From: an uncultured virus (IMG/VR IMGVR_UViG_3300028393_000055)
Lineage: Duplodnaviria; Heunggongvirae; Uroviricota; Caudoviricetes
DNA: 64,000 nt
Reading direction: 5' to 3' (one strand)
IMG/VR virus record: IMGVR_UViG_3300028393_000055
The notes below the pieces were generated by a model, which saw only the letters and a list, made by a program, of their open reading frames with translations, searched no databases and was not told the DNA's origin. Below are positions 30,401-41,191 of the stretch, in pieces. A program made the translations under genes and the position numbers. Position 1 is the stretch's first letter. Each line of letters starts with the position of its first letter.

Positions 30401-33400
30401 AGTTACCAGATCACCTGGAGTTGTGATAGCTACCGCGGTAATATTAAAATTAGGTGTTAGCGTAGGTATGTAAAGTGAGCATGTGCCACCAGATGTAAAG
30501 TTGCCTGTACATTGTTCTAGATATATTTTAGTTGAATCTGTTGCAAAATTACCTACAGCATTTCTAATGACGCCTGTAATTGCACCAGATGTTACTGTTG
30601 ACCCAATAGTTGCTACTCGCGCATCATAATCGGATATCGTAATCGTTTGGTCACGCGACACACCAGCCGGTGTTACGTTAGTGCGTACCACATTTACTGA
30701 ATTTGCAGAATATACCGGAACAATTTCCTGAACCGATGATAATGGGCGCATCTCGCCCTTCTCGGTATCAACTGTCCATTTTGAATCATTATCATAAGGA
30801 TTTGCGATTGCATATCCTTTGAATGGATCAACCAAAATACCATTCTTAAATCTATCGTTTCCATTTACGTCTGGAATTAATAGATCCTTAGAATTTTTTT
30901 CCAACAAGTTTAGAGATGTGTAGTACTCAAGGCGGTCGATACGATCACGCATTGTCCCGATATCGCGCATGGTATAACGCTCATTGCGAATCTTACGAAT
31001 CACATTTGTTAAGTCTGCGCGATTGATCCGACGCCCAATTTCATTAGGAAGGGATGGATATGGCGCAAGTTGAATTGTTGCAATGGCCATCATATCTTCT
31101 GGTACCGCAGGAGCTGATGGGCGCGCTGCAGGAACACCACGAACTATGTTAATGCCCCCCGTCTTTGAGATTGCAACAGTGTCGGTACGCTTTAGATAAT
31201 AATCAGCGTCCGTTGTAAAATCTTCACCTGTTGGAGAATATTTCAAGCAACCGGTTGGATTATAGAATGTTGTTGATGTAAGAGGATTCTTTGAAATTCC
31301 TGTAAGTACCGTAACACTATTGGCTGTGTCTGCGATACGCGGACGAATATCCAACGAGTCACGAAGATCATAAGAGACACCAGATGTTGGTGACGTAAAG
31401 ATTGGAATTTCATATGTGTAAATCTTAGTCGTATCAGAGCCAGCAAGAGAATCATCTACTGGGTATGAATTGATTGAGAAGAATCCTACACCAGAGGAAT
31501 GGCTGTGTGTGAAGTGATCCAATGTAACAAGCAAACGATCCAAGCTGCTGAGCGACAAGCTACTTGTTGACTTCTTTACCAAACGAGCATGGTCATAATA
31601 GTTATCACGCATACCAGTGTCGAGTACGAAATCATTTGTTACGTCGGTACCAGATGTTGTGGTTGTAAATGAAGCTGGTGCACCACCGGTAACCTTACGC
31701 ACAGATACAAGCTTGAAACCATCAGACAAACCTAGTGACCAAGGACCAGTTGTATTTGCAACATATGAAGTGCCTCCGCCCATACCAACATTGATCTGGA
31801 CTAAACGACTACGAATAACTGATTTTGCAGCTTCTTGCCCATCAATCTGATTGACTTTCGCGATGATGCTTAGAGGCGCACCTGTGCTATTGAAAGTTTC
31901 GTTCAAATCAATCGTTGCAATTCGAGATGGTGTTGAAGAAATGGTAACTGTACGAGCGCCGTCTCCACCATAACCACCAAGATCAACAACCTGCCCAGAT
32001 ATGAATTTCTTGTAGTACTTGCCAGCAGCTACAGCACCTGCGGCTGTACCAAGAACACTTAATGATGTATCACTATTTACCGCACTGACAATAAGATCAC
32101 CAGCAACGCCGATGTGAAGCACATCACCTTTATTAATCTTAGTTGTAAACGCAGAACCAGCAGCTCCTGTAACTGTATTACCAGCAAGAGATATGGTAAC
32201 AGAACCAGCGGCAACGGTATTAGCAGCACTTGTTACTACAGCATGGAAATCAGTGCGTCGACCAGATTGACTTAATACTGAACCACCGCCATCAAACGTC
32301 TGATTATCGTCGCCTGTATTAATTGCAGCCACACCAGATGTGTCTGTTGTTTGTGAATATGTCTTATAGAATGTAAAATCGTTATTGATTACGCCAGATG
32401 TATTGCGTAGTGTCTTTGTCGCGATTGTAGGCAAACGGAAAACGGAAATATCTGTCGCTGCATCTTGTGTATTAGCTGACGCATAACGAACGTCTGCTTT
32501 ACCAGGTGTATTTGCGGAATACGCAATACCTTTAACTTGCGGGAACGTGTAGGGCGCAGTCATTTTTACATCTGTTAGATACAATTTATAAACCGCGTCT
32601 GGTGCACCAGGTGTACCTGAGAAGTACTCAAGCCCCTTAACGCGAGCAGAACCAATTGTTGTGCCTTTAGCACCACCAGTTGGCCATGTTGTCGAATATG
32701 CAAGTGTGCTTACAGCATTTGACTGATCGTTTTTTAAATTGACTAAAGACTGTGCGTCCAGATTCCACTTACCAACAACATTGTCTACAAGAAGATAGTT
32801 ACCATAATCAACCAGAGCTTTCGCATCGGAAACAGAAGCAGTGTCAGTTGCTTTATTCATATTAACGCGAGACGATACGATTGTTTGATTATCATACCCT
32901 TTTACATATGATTTTCCTGGTGCAACTATAACACACAATCTAGTTGAAACGCCACCTTCAGCAGCAGTATAGATGCCTTGATTATTACCTGATTTTAGAT
33001 GTTCTTTGACAGACAAACTATGCCCAGAAACAATATAGTCTCCAGACTCGTCAGATGTTCTCTGAGCCATATAATCACGAATTTGTGAGTATTGTGTGCG
33101 ATTTGAAATTGATTGAACAATGCCTTCTTTTATCTGCATCAATTCAACAAAGGTATTTGATATAGCAGCATCAAGGTCAAGCTTTTTCAATGAAACTTCA
33201 AGTTTGAGACGAGCAGCACCTGGGGCAGCATAGTTATATGAACCGGAAGCGGGATCAAGGAGGGTACTATCATCAACTTCTGTAACGATTGATTCTGTGA
33301 TATCAAAACCAACACGAACACTTGGGCGGCGGCCATACTTATCAAGAATCAAAGTTTGAGCCGGAACACGGATGAAATGGTCTCGCGCATACACGATACC

Positions 33401-33958
33401 AGAATTGAATGTTGCTGCTAACCCATAACCTTCGGCTGGATATGTTGCTGTTCCCACAATCGTATTAGCAGTAAGACCGCTACCGTCTGTAGCGATTAGA
33501 ATTTCGTTATTACCAAAATAACGTGTTCCACCGCTTGCTGATTGATACTTAATGAATAGAGTTTTCGTGTGTGGTGTGTTAGCTTCTGAACCGTCATTTG
33601 TATTGACAACAAGAGCGGTAACGCCAGATGTTTGGCCTTGAATTGTTTTACCTACGAAATCAACTGGAGAAATAGCAGAACCTGTACTCGAACGGTCGCG
33701 AACACGAACATAATTATACATTACATCATAATTCATTTCAAAACCGTTAACGGTTGAACCTTCTCTAAAAATATGTTCAGCAAAACGATCAATCTGGTTT
33801 TGCAGGATCGTTTGCATTTGAGTCAGTTCACGGGCCTGAACTGCTAGTCCTGGACGAAAAAGGATTCTATGATAGTTCTTTGCCTCATCAAAATCATCGT
33901 AGAATGGATCTACGTTAAAGTTTGTTGAGAGCGTGACGGAATTTGCTTCTCCAGCCAT
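27434..33958 (-). CDS. Large virion structural protein, VrlC/DUF4815-like
   Basis: PFYDDFD...RILFRPGLAVQARELTQMQ, YTMRDIG...RLEYYTSL, DRFKNGILVDPF, DPIAQT, FAIKVVL. Confidence 0.88.
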   Translation of the reverse strand: MAGEANSVTLSTNFNVDPFYDDFDEAKNYHRILFRPGLAVQARELTQMQTILQNQIDRFAEHIFREGSTVNGFEMNYDVMYNYVRVRDRSSTGSAISPVDFVGKTIQGQTSGVTALVVNTNDGSEANTPHTKTLFIKYQSASGGTRYFGNNEILIATDGSGLTANTIVGTATYPAEGYGLAATFNSGIVYARDHFIRVPAQTLILDKYGRRPSVRVGFDITESIVTEVDDSTLLDPASGSYNYAAPGAARLKLEVSLKKLDLDAAISNTFVELMQIKEGIVQSISNRTQYSQIRDYMAQRTSDESGDYIVSGHSLSVKEHLKSGNNQGIYTAAEGGVSTRLCVIVAPGKSYVKGYDNQTIVSSRVNMNKATDTASVSDAKALVDYGNYLLVDNVVGKWNLDAQSLVNLKNDQSNAVSTLAYSTTWPTGGAKGTTIGSARVKGLEYFSGTPGAPDAVYKLYLTDVKMTAPYTFPQVKGIAYSANTPGKADVRYASANTQDAATDISVFRLPTIATKTLRNTSGVINNDFTFYKTYSQTTDTSGVAAINTGDDNQTFDGGGSVLSQSGRRTDFHAVVTSAANTVAAGSVTISLAGNTVTGAAGSAFTTKINKGDVLHIGVAGDLIVSAVNSDTSLSVLGTAAGAVAAGKYYKKFISGQVVDLGGYGGDGARTVTISSTPSRIATIDLNETFNSTGAPLSIIAKVNQIDGQEAAKSVIRSRLVQINVGMGGGTSYVANTTGPWSLGLSDGFKLVSVRKVTGGAPASFTTTTSGTDVTNDFVLDTGMRDNYYDHARLVKKSTSSLSLSSLDRLLVTLDHFTHSHSSGVGFFSINSYPVDDSLAGSDTTKIYTYEIPIFTSPTSGVSYDLRDSLDIRPRIADTANSVTVLTGISKNPLTSTTFYNPTGCLKYSPTGEDFTTDADYYLKRTDTVAISKTGGINIVRGVPAARPSAPAVPEDMMAIATIQLAPYPSLPNEIGRRINRADLTNVIRKIRNERYTMRDIGTMRDRIDRLEYYTSLNLLEKNSKDLLIPDVNGNDRFKNGILVDPFKGYAIANPYDNDSKWTVDTEKGEMRPLSSVQEIVPVYSANSVNVVRTNVTPAGVSRDQTITISDYDARVATIGSTVTSGAITGVIRNAVGNFATDSTKIYLEQCTGNFTSGGTCSLYIPTLTPNFNITAVAITTPGDLVTLPYTHKILVEQPWATTTRNCTGTAYNWMGTLTLTPDSDYWCDTTTRPDVNISLDMNTDNWLYIAGAWPTSYDAWKTTFTGQPVLSSQREIDNGTVNVPQADGSTNIVQNFTTESIFTTPTIETRTYNNLKAKIVEATEVVGNFVKDVNIQPFMRSRMILFKLDGMKASSRIYGFFDGIDINAYITPLTAAEYASGGNGLKVGVGGIRFAPLTYAEGAALVTNSDSTAYGIFRLPSDSRLRFHTGTKRMRFVDNSTNSKTFGQFTTSAESDYSAEGLMAGISDLTLSTKKAIIAQQFLTESKNAEFNSTSLVGGQRIVGVIAAPNQDAGDGGPWGDSPAAPPVWDVAPVADGNCGSANDPIAQTMLISALLTNRIHSSGMYLTKIDLFFATKDATLPFTFELREVDSGTGYITSRVVPFSRVVIPSTDVNISSDGSAATPVYFASPVYVGEDKEYAIVIIPAAANPNYNAFTAVLGQPDLRYGVKITQQPAAGFLFTSANQSTWVPVENEDLKFVAYHAVFPTGVNGDIILKNESRDYLTIANTTGAFNRIGEPVFGEVHLDGKFTNTATITVGNTSYTGTHFAHGLTSNAYGTITYWSTTGIRVRGVPTGRMFRGGETIKIRKTSPTTGTIIGANTSGRFKSATYPSGRVTYYDVVNYANTKLHIANTSYANSGPANNLNRMFTRNMTIVGQTNGYSGRIVSIDNLTADKVNLITNLIQPSNTTITPYTKFATSTSARDTAYVRALLNDDTAFDAPRYILSRSNESNTSSSSASMALNKSAEVLYRLTSINTVASPAIDLSRISVVTTNNLISSNAEIGSSEDWVKSGGNSKTRYITRRVSLADGQDAEDLRVYLSGYQPSGAQIFVYAKILSGDDNDLFSDTRWVPMERDDSQGFTLTTAYSSSVNRDDFIEFVYNIPDFPTTAIADTSGRAINQYGANTATGIVEYRNSGKVRFQRFKYFAIKVVLVGSSSNPPRVRELRAIALQR

Positions 33959-33970
33959 GATACCTTCCGA

Positions 33971-35563
33971 TTAAAATTTGAGTACTATCTTAATATTTTC
34001 TGTTTGATCGCCGGCGCGTTCGACCTTTTCTCTATACTCAGTATATAGTATGAAACCAGTGTTGCGTTTCATAGCCGGATCAATACGAGATGATACCAAA
34101 GCTGTCACGCCTGTTGTGGCCCCAACAATAGTTTCGCCGGTCAAAAATGATTGCCCAGTACCGTTTGTTGTTTCACGAATAACACGGACAATGCCAGAAG
34201 TTCGTGTTGAATTTGAATTTGCAAAATACACATTTCTTGCGGTTGCGCCTGTTGTTAGTCCAGTAATCACTTCGTCAGCTCGAAAATCACCGCTAACATT
34301 TGTTACGTTAATTCTGGTACACTGGTCGATAACTGACGCATTTGCTACTAAACCACCAGCCAAAAGCGGGTCACGAAGAAGCCCAATAATTCGGAAATCG
34401 TTGTTCGATGTAAATGTGTTAGCTTCCGAACCTACAAGATTTACGTTAATCATAATATTGTAACCACGAAGCTCATCAACTGGATCAGACCCATGCCCAC
34501 CTACTGGCGGTATGATAACATAAGCATTTGCGCCAGAACCATATGATGGATTACGTTTAAATACAACATTAGCTTGTGTATAACCTGACCCTGGCGCAAT
34601 TACAGTAACGCTTCGAACGATACCACCCAAAGCATTCGACACATATGCCGATGCGCGTGTGGATACCGAAGAACCACTATCACCACGAATAATTACGCGA
34701 GGAGAGATATAATATTCACTTGTGGTGTCGGGTAGAGTTGTAAACGCATTATTCACTGTTAGTTTTCTAGTTGCACCCATATAATCAGTGATGGATCTAA
34801 TTTGCCCAGAACCAGTTCCAGCTTTAATGAAAATGGCTGAATCTGTATATGCGGCGTCCACAGCAAGAGCATTACTTTTTAATGTCATAACAGTTGAATT
34901 GGTAACAGATGCAAATGTGTTTGACGTTACAAGGTAACCACTTCCTGTGTTACTAACAATGATATTATTGATAGATCCTTCAACGGTATTATCCTGTACT
35001 GTCCACTGGGAACTATTATCGTTAGACAATAATGTTTTTACTGGCATATAATCATGTGTAAGAAAGTTCAGCGCTTCACCAGCAGAAATTGTGTACATGT
35101 ATTTCCAACGATAACCATCTGCTGTTGAAATAATGGATGTCCCTGTCCCGGTTGGTTTAACCGTAGAGGCAGCATATCCATTATTGTCGATGACCTTGTA
35201 CACGTTATTTTCATTTGTAAGTGCGTAATAGTTATGCTCTTGAATAGAATGACTTACATAAGTTTGCAAATCTTCCTTGTCGTCCCACTCATCATAAACC
35301 GTACCAGATGTCCAATCATAACGAGGTACTACATGAGAAACCTGTGATGCATATATGCGTTTAACCGACATCATATCACGCCACTGATTGTAGTAAGTTT
35401 CCTGATATGTGTCTACTGGACTTGGTGGATCAACCTCATTAACCCATGCATAGCTCTTCGCGATAAAGAAATAATATCGCGAAGGCGTAGTTTCGCTAAA
35501 CGATTCAGCAAACTGCATCGCATTGTGAATACGAAAATGAGAAGTGATTAATCCACCAGCCAT
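33971..35563 (-). CDS. gp8: Baseplate wedge protein (T4 gp8-like)
   Basis: PRYDWTSG, VYKVIDN, DGYRWKYMYTI, GGHGSDPVDEL, QTENIKIVLKF. Confidence 0.9.
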   Translation of the reverse strand: MAGGLITSHFRIHNAMQFAESFSETTPSRYYFFIAKSYAWVNEVDPPSPVDTYQETYYNQWRDMMSVKRIYASQVSHVVPRYDWTSGTVYDEWDDKEDLQTYVSHSIQEHNYYALTNENNVYKVIDNNGYAASTVKPTGTGTSIISTADGYRWKYMYTISAGEALNFLTHDYMPVKTLLSNDNSSQWTVQDNTVEGSINNIIVSNTGSGYLVTSNTFASVTNSTVMTLKSNALAVDAAYTDSAIFIKAGTGSGQIRSITDYMGATRKLTVNNAFTTLPDTTSEYYISPRVIIRGDSGSSVSTRASAYVSNALGGIVRSVTVIAPGSGYTQANVVFKRNPSYGSGANAYVIIPPVGGHGSDPVDELRGYNIMINVNLVGSEANTFTSNNDFRIIGLLRDPLLAGGLVANASVIDQCTRINVTNVSGDFRADEVITGLTTGATARNVYFANSNSTRTSGIVRVIRETTNGTGQSFLTGETIVGATTGVTALVSSRIDPAMKRNTGFILYTEYREKVERAGDQTENIKIVLKF

Positions 35564-35569
35564 ATTAGC

Positions 35570-36139
35570 TTACGCGCTCGCTGTGTAGGTTACGTTTACA
35601 GTGTCGCCGCTTGATACGACCTTATCGCCGCCAGTGAATAAACCAGCAGAGTAAAGAACGCCAGTTGTGCCATCCTTGGTTGATACTGAATTCAAGAATG
35701 CGCCCTTGACAGTACCAGAAGAAGTGATTGAGAACGAAACCGCAGCGGATGTAGCCTTAGACCCGGCAGATGCGGCAGACCAAGCTGGAGTTGGGCGAGT
35801 AGCCTGTGAATATGTTGGGTTATAGGTAGCGCCAGCTTCCAACCAACCTGTGTGAGATGACATTGTGTCACCAGCAGCTACGGCTGTGTAAGATGTGGAG
35901 CTAATGAGACCCATATACCAAGCAGCGGTATAAGCAGAACCGGCTAGATACTTGTCTAGAAGGTCATTCTTACCAACAGTGGTTACAAGATTTGAGAACT
36001 CATCGGTCCACTTTACAACACCATTTTCATCAACGCATGACACTGTGTAATAACCAGAAACTGTTAGTCCTTCACCTACACCAGCACCACGGATAACCGA
36101 AGCGTCAGCCATAGTATTTGGTTCAACTTTATTTTCCAT
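35570..36139 (-). CDS. Virion structural protein between gp7 and gp8
   Basis: [12 protein letters not shown]...GDTVNVTYT beta-rich protein, GGAGAG RBS, own late promoter. Confidence 0.65.
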   Translation of the reverse strand: MENKVEPNTMADASVIRGAGVGEGLTVSGYYTVSCVDENGVVKWTDEFSNLVTTVGKNDLLDKYLAGSAYTAAWYMGLISSTSYTAVAAGDTMSSHTGWLEAGATYNPTYSQATRPTPAWSAASAGSKATSAAVSFSITSSGTVKGAFLNSVSTKDGTTGVLYSAGLFTGGDKVVSSGDTVNVTYTASA

Positions 36140-36195
36140 TTTTCTCTCCTCTATGGATTGATTTTAAATAATCTAACTACGACTATTTAGCTTGC

Positions 36196-36203
36196 TATTT
36201 ATA
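36196..36203 (-). promoter_or_regulatory. T4-type late promoter TATAAATA
   Basis: Exact TATAAATA on minus upstream of 35570..36139; second CTAAATA at ca. 36184-36190. Confidence 0.75.
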
Positions 36204-36206
36204 AGA

Positions 36207-39200
36207 TTACCCTACGCTATAAGCAAATGTTGCGTTTGAAGTGACTGGTAGATAGTTCGTGCGAAGCGACAGGAACGTATTCGAGAAGATCGCATTGACT
36301 TGATACACAGTAGTACTTCCGCTTCCAACAGCGGAAACGATAACGCTTGTTCCGTTTCCACCGACTTGAATGCTTCCTGTATTTGCACGGAGAGCGTTGT
36401 TTGCAAACCACGGTGTGCCTTTCGCAATACGAACCAATCTTGGTTTGTCGTCGAACATCGAAATTGCAATCGCGTCGTACACGCTTGTTGGTATTGATTC
36501 GTACAGAGAAACGGTGCTATTGGCGTATTGAACAGTGACATATCTTCCTGATGCAAGAATTAATTTCTCAGCCGCTTGTGTTGTATTAAGAGCGATATTT
36601 GCAGTACCTGCACCTGGATATGTAGCAATAGCAACCTGAGTATTATTTGCGGTAGCTGCTTCAGTGCGCGCGGCTGGGTATGTACCGATAGCAACTGGAG
36701 TATCTGTAACGGCTGTGTTAGCTGTACCAGCAGCTGGGTATGTACCAATAGCAGTTTTTGTGGTTGTCGCTGTGACGTTAGCAGTGCCTGCACCTGGGTA
36801 TGTAGCAAGAGCAGCTGGTACGCCATTAGCATTAGCAACATTTGATATATTAACATCTTTCGACACATACGCAGCGGTAATTTCTGCTGGTGTTATCGAA
36901 GAAGATGTTATGCTGCCATTGCTGACCATCGTACCAGTGAAGCTATCCAATGCCGTAACTGGCTCATTATCTCTTACGTTTTGGATATTTGAGCTTGCTT
37001 GAACAAGAGTGAATGGCATTGTGGCTGCTGAGCGCATATTGTATGTACCAAACATCTTGGTTCCAGCAGGGTGCACAAGATTTTTGATAATATCACGATA
37101 CTTATCGACAAGCTCAGTAACACGAACAACATAAGAGAATTCCTGGTAATAATAGTTATCCTGAAGTCTATTGTTCCAACTTAGGAAACCTTTAGTATCT
37201 GTGTATCGTCCAGGAAGTTTTGTGATGCCAGAAACTTGAGGTGTACCGGAAGCATTGAATGTTGTCTTTGTTTTGCGCCACGTGGTGCCAAGATTGCCTG
37301 GCGTAGATTCGATGATGACACTATTACCTTGCGTTACGTTTTGAATCGTAGCAAGTTCGTTTCTATTGAAGTTGGCACCACCAGCGGTAATGTCGATGCT
37401 TACGATAGCACCTGGTGCATTATCAATACCAATAACAGCATTACGTCCAAGGAATCCACCATTACCATCTTCGATATTCAATACGGATGTAGTGTCGTCA
37501 GTAATCGTAATCGTAGGTAGTGTTTTATAATCATATCCAGGGCTAATGATAGCAATCGAATTGATCGAATATGTCCCTGTTGTCGAGAACGCAAATGCCG
37601 AAGCCAATGTAGAATTTACGTTAGCGGCAGCCAAGCGAATATATGCATCGGCCCCTGGTGATGTTTGATTATTTAAAGGTCTAAATGCCGATACAAATGA
37701 TGTGTCGCTCAATACAGAATGAACGCGCAATGTATTAGCTTGCCCAGCAACTCGAACCAACAAATCATTTGAAAGCTGCGATTGAAATGTGGTGCCGATA
37801 CCAGAAATTGTATTTGACGTGGTGCTAAAAATTAGTTTACCAGATAATTTTGACGATACTGTCGCCGTATTGGCTCCAGTAGATACGAAATAATTTGGAG
37901 TACCAATCATAACCAAAGCCATAGGCGCAATAGCATCACTATTGATTGCTGTACTTACAGCCGTCTGTGTCCATGAATTGATTCTTATAGCGAGTCCAAC
38001 ACCAGATCCGCCAGATGTTGTTATGACGGTGTGATCTTTTGTGTACCCAGCCCCACCATTAAGTAACGTAACTTGCACTGCGCTTTTATTGCTAACTTCG
38101 GTCACGATTCCGTACGCTGGTTCGGAAGAAGAAGCGCCGGTTATTTCAACCACGTCACCTTTTTTGTGATACGATCCACCAGCCGAGTGAAATGCGCCGC
38201 CTTGTAAAACATCAATACCAGTCAAAGCACCTAGCTGGTTATTGATTGTAGCACGGTTACCATATTCATCTTGTACGATTTCACCGTCAGAAAATGTTCC
38301 AACAACGCCTTGAATTGTTAAATCATATACCAAGATGCCTGATGCTTCTAGTGTCTGTGTATTTTCTACACGCGCGGTCGCGCCAGACGTTAGCCCGGTA
38401 ATGATGTTACCAGCCATGCTTGTTGGTATAGTGTTATATGGTGTACCAACACGAATGATGGTTTCTTTTACCCAACGCCCATCAGACGCACGAAGAACAT
38501 CTTGACCAGGATAGTACAGATCAATTTCTTTGTTGAACATAGCACGGAAGATAGCTCTAAAAGAATCGTCTGAACCACGACTTCTGTAAAATTCTCTAAT
38601 ATACTTTGTCATCAAACGCTGATCGGCCGCAACATATTTTGGTATGTTTGGCATAAATTCGCGTCTAAAATATTCAACAAACATATCTAATGAACGATCA
38701 ATGTCTTGATTATCTGGTAACCCACGAATGGCATCAATAGGCATACCAGTCTGTTCAGCAAACTGGTGATATCCTTTGAGAAATGCGACAAACTGAGGTC
38801 CTTCTTCACGAATGAATCCTGGGAATTGCATTTCAATTTTTGGTGATATCTTACGATAAATTTCCTCAGCACCAGATACAACATGCTTTTCGTAAAATGG
38901 TTGATCTCTAAGTGTTACGGATTCTACGATAGAAACTGGTGTAACGCGAATAAACGCATCGGTTGCAGATACTGGTGAGGTAATACTAGCCGCAAATACT
39001 ACATTTGCTCTTTGAGTTGTAGACGCGGTTATAGTTTCAACAATATTTGATATAGAAGCAGGGGTATCGGTAATAGATACACTTTCGGCCATAGCCGCGG
39101 CACCAGTATATCTCATAAATGTGGTATTGTTTGCGCGAGCGGATTCAGTAATCGAAAGCGACCAAACAGGGCCACCAACAATTTCCGAAACGGCCACATT

Positions 39201-39290
39201 CGCTGTGGCAGCAGCACCAGCACCCCATTGAAGAACTTGGTCTGCTGTAACGGCTATAAATTCTACAATACCTACTGCATATGTTGCCAT
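36207..39290 (-). CDS. gp7: Baseplate wedge initiator (T4 gp7-like)
   Basis: FYRSRGS...FRAMF, RASDGRW, LQDNYYYQEFSYV, VHPAGTKMFG; between gp6 and gp8. Confidence 0.8.
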   Translation of the reverse strand: MATYAVGIVEFIAVTADQVLQWGAGAAATANVAVSEIVGGPVWSLSITESARANNTTFMRYTGAAAMAESVSITDTPASISNIVETITASTTQRANVVFAASITSPVSATDAFIRVTPVSIVESVTLRDQPFYEKHVVSGAEEIYRKISPKIEMQFPGFIREEGPQFVAFLKGYHQFAEQTGMPIDAIRGLPDNQDIDRSLDMFVEYFRREFMPNIPKYVAADQRLMTKYIREFYRSRGSDDSFRAIFRAMFNKEIDLYYPGQDVLRASDGRWVKETIIRVGTPYNTIPTSMAGNIITGLTSGATARVENTQTLEASGILVYDLTIQGVVGTFSDGEIVQDEYGNRATINNQLGALTGIDVLQGGAFHSAGGSYHKKGDVVEITGASSSEPAYGIVTEVSNKSAVQVTLLNGGAGYTKDHTVITTSGGSGVGLAIRINSWTQTAVSTAINSDAIAPMALVMIGTPNYFVSTGANTATVSSKLSGKLIFSTTSNTISGIGTTFQSQLSNDLLVRVAGQANTLRVHSVLSDTSFVSAFRPLNNQTSPGADAYIRLAAANVNSTLASAFAFSTTGTYSINSIAIISPGYDYKTLPTITITDDTTSVLNIEDGNGGFLGRNAVIGIDNAPGAIVSIDITAGGANFNRNELATIQNVTQGNSVIIESTPGNLGTTWRKTKTTFNASGTPQVSGITKLPGRYTDTKGFLSWNNRLQDNYYYQEFSYVVRVTELVDKYRDIIKNLVHPAGTKMFGTYNMRSAATMPFTLVQASSNIQNVRDNEPVTALDSFTGTMVSNGSITSSSITPAEITAAYVSKDVNISNVANANGVPAALATYPGAGTANVTATTTKTAIGTYPAAGTANTAVTDTPVAIGTYPAARTEAATANNTQVAIATYPGAGTANIALNTTQAAEKLILASGRYVTVQYANSTVSLYESIPTSVYDAIAISMFDDKPRLVRIAKGTPWFANNALRANTGSIQVGGNGTSVIVSAVGSGSTTVYQVNAIFSNTFLSLRTNYLPVTSNATFAYSVG

Positions 39291-41191
39291 TAGAAGTTAT
39301 TTAACCTTCCGCCTGGGATTACCGATGTTTGTGTTTGCCCAATAGTTTCCACGCTTGTGACGGATGCTACCACAACACCAGAAAGATCATCAATAACTTG
39401 AATTTTTGATTGTGCCATAAGTAAGATTTGATTTCGAATTGGTACAATATTTGTTGTTGTTGGCGAACACACTATAGACATAGTTGACCCATCATATGAT
39501 TGGGGTAAGAAAGATGTAATCGTTACTATGCCATTTTCATAATCGACTGTTCCGGCGTTAACTGATAGATAATTACGAGAAAGAATTTCTGCGCTATTAT
39601 CAGTGCGATTTGGATAATAGATTTGAAGAGTTCCATACCCATTGTCATCAAAGTAGCAATTTTCATACCCCTGATATGTAAATTTAGATGAAGTAACTGT
39701 ACCCAAACTGATATTATCTGGTATGTTAGAAATATACCCACCTAGCCCTTGAATTGAATGATTGAAACGCAGCGTATATGTGCTTGGCGTAGTCAAAGAC
39801 GGGATGAACATTTTTTTTGTTTGAATATTAGCGTCCGAAGTCATTATTGAATCGTCAGCTGCGTCTATAGTTTCTAAAAATTTAGAAAAGCGAAAGCGTT
39901 TACCAAATAAATTTAAACCAGTTGTCTCATATGAGATAATTTTACTTGCAACACGCGATGCAATTTCACCTGGTGTCAATGTTGTGTTTCGGAAATCAGC
40001 ACGAACAATGACGCTAGGTATGATATACAAATAAGTAGGGTCAACCATTTCAACGTCGATAGACTGTACGTTATATTTTTTTAGATTGATCTTGATGGTA
40101 TTTTTACGGCTTGATGAAAAAATATTACCTATTTTTGGTTTAGCACACACAAAAACTTTACCGTAGATAGGCGGATAATTATCCTCACCACCCCAGGTAC
40201 TAATCGCTTGAATATCTGGATTGTCGCGTAAAATAATACGCTCGTAATCGTTATTAATTACAGCTCGATTTTGTGTTTCGTATGAGAGAGGAGCATTGAG
40301 TCGAACCGACTCAATACCTTCAACTTCAGCGCCTCCGGAAGCACGTCCAACTGAGGCTATGTAAACACTGGCTTGTCCGTCAATTGTAGATCCAACCAAT
40401 CTAAAATCGTTGGCGCCATTAGTCATTTCGCCATTGCATACGCGATACGAAATATTAACGACGCTTGAGTTTATTGGGTATGTACCAAACACACCATCTC
40501 CAAATGAAACTTTGTATTTGTATCCCTTGTCAGCTTCAATAAAATAAACTTTTGAGCTAGAATTAACAGTCAAAATATCATCTGCGCGAACGTATGTTTG
40601 CGTATTCCCAGCTGTAGTTACCGATACGGTAATACTTGATGTATCTACATTTTCATTCGGTAATACGAATGATGTGTTTGATGCTCGATTGAATAGATAT
40701 CTATGGGTAAGCGGTTCGCCTTCTGTAATGTTTATATAACTGGCAAACCCACTTGTTGAATTTGCAGTGACCGTATATGTTTGTGGTGTTACAAAAATAT
40801 ATGCTGTGCCGTTGATTGTTGTGGTAAATCGAGTGTTTTTTGGTATCAAAATGGAACGGAATGTAGGTGTAGCCACACTAGCCGTAAATATGATCTGAAG
40901 ATTTGCAGTCGCGCCACGTGCGGATGATGGCAGATATCCAATTGCTTTGGCACGAGAAACAACACTATCGTAAATCTGTGCGCTATCAAGAAAACCCTCA
41001 GCGGTAGCCATGTTGGCATAAAAAGCTTGATAGTAGGTATTATATGCAAGCAAATCCAATAGTGTGCCCATTGCTGAGTCTTGGAAGTCATAATCGGTAA
41101 ATTCTGGCTTAGCTGCAAGAAAATTGCGTAGATTTGCGCGAATAGCGGTAAAATCTAACCCTGTTACGATGAGATCGGTATTAGCAGCCAT
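39290..41191 (-). CDS. gp6: Baseplate wedge protein (T4 gp6-like)
   Basis: LDF..I..NL, FTDYDF, LAYNTYY, FGDGVFG, QNRAV...DY, WGGEDN.PP.YGKVF. Confidence 0.93.
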   Translation of the reverse strand: MAANTDLIVTGLDFTAIRANLRNFLAAKPEFTDYDFQDSAMGTLLDLLAYNTYYQAFYANMATAEGFLDSAQIYDSVVSRAKAIGYLPSSARGATANLQIIFTASVATPTFRSILIPKNTRFTTTINGTAYIFVTPQTYTVTANSTSGFASYINITEGEPLTHRYLFNRASNTSFVLPNENVDTSSITVSVTTAGNTQTYVRADDILTVNSSSKVYFIEADKGYKYKVSFGDGVFGTYPINSSVVNISYRVCNGEMTNGANDFRLVGSTIDGQASVYIASVGRASGGAEVEGIESVRLNAPLSYETQNRAVINNDYERIILRDNPDIQAISTWGGEDNYPPIYGKVFVCAKPKIGNIFSSSRKNTIKINLKKYNVQSIDVEMVDPTYLYIIPSVIVRADFRNTTLTPGEIASRVASKIISYETTGLNLFGKRFRFSKFLETIDAADDSIMTSDANIQTKKMFIPSLTTPSTYTLRFNHSIQGLGGYISNIPDNISLGTVTSSKFTYQGYENCYFDDNGYGTLQIYYPNRTDNSAEILSRNYLSVNAGTVDYENGIVTITSFLPQSYDGSTMSIVCSPTTTNIVPIRNQILLMAQSKIQVIDDLSGVVVASVTSVETIGQTQTSVIPGGRLNNF

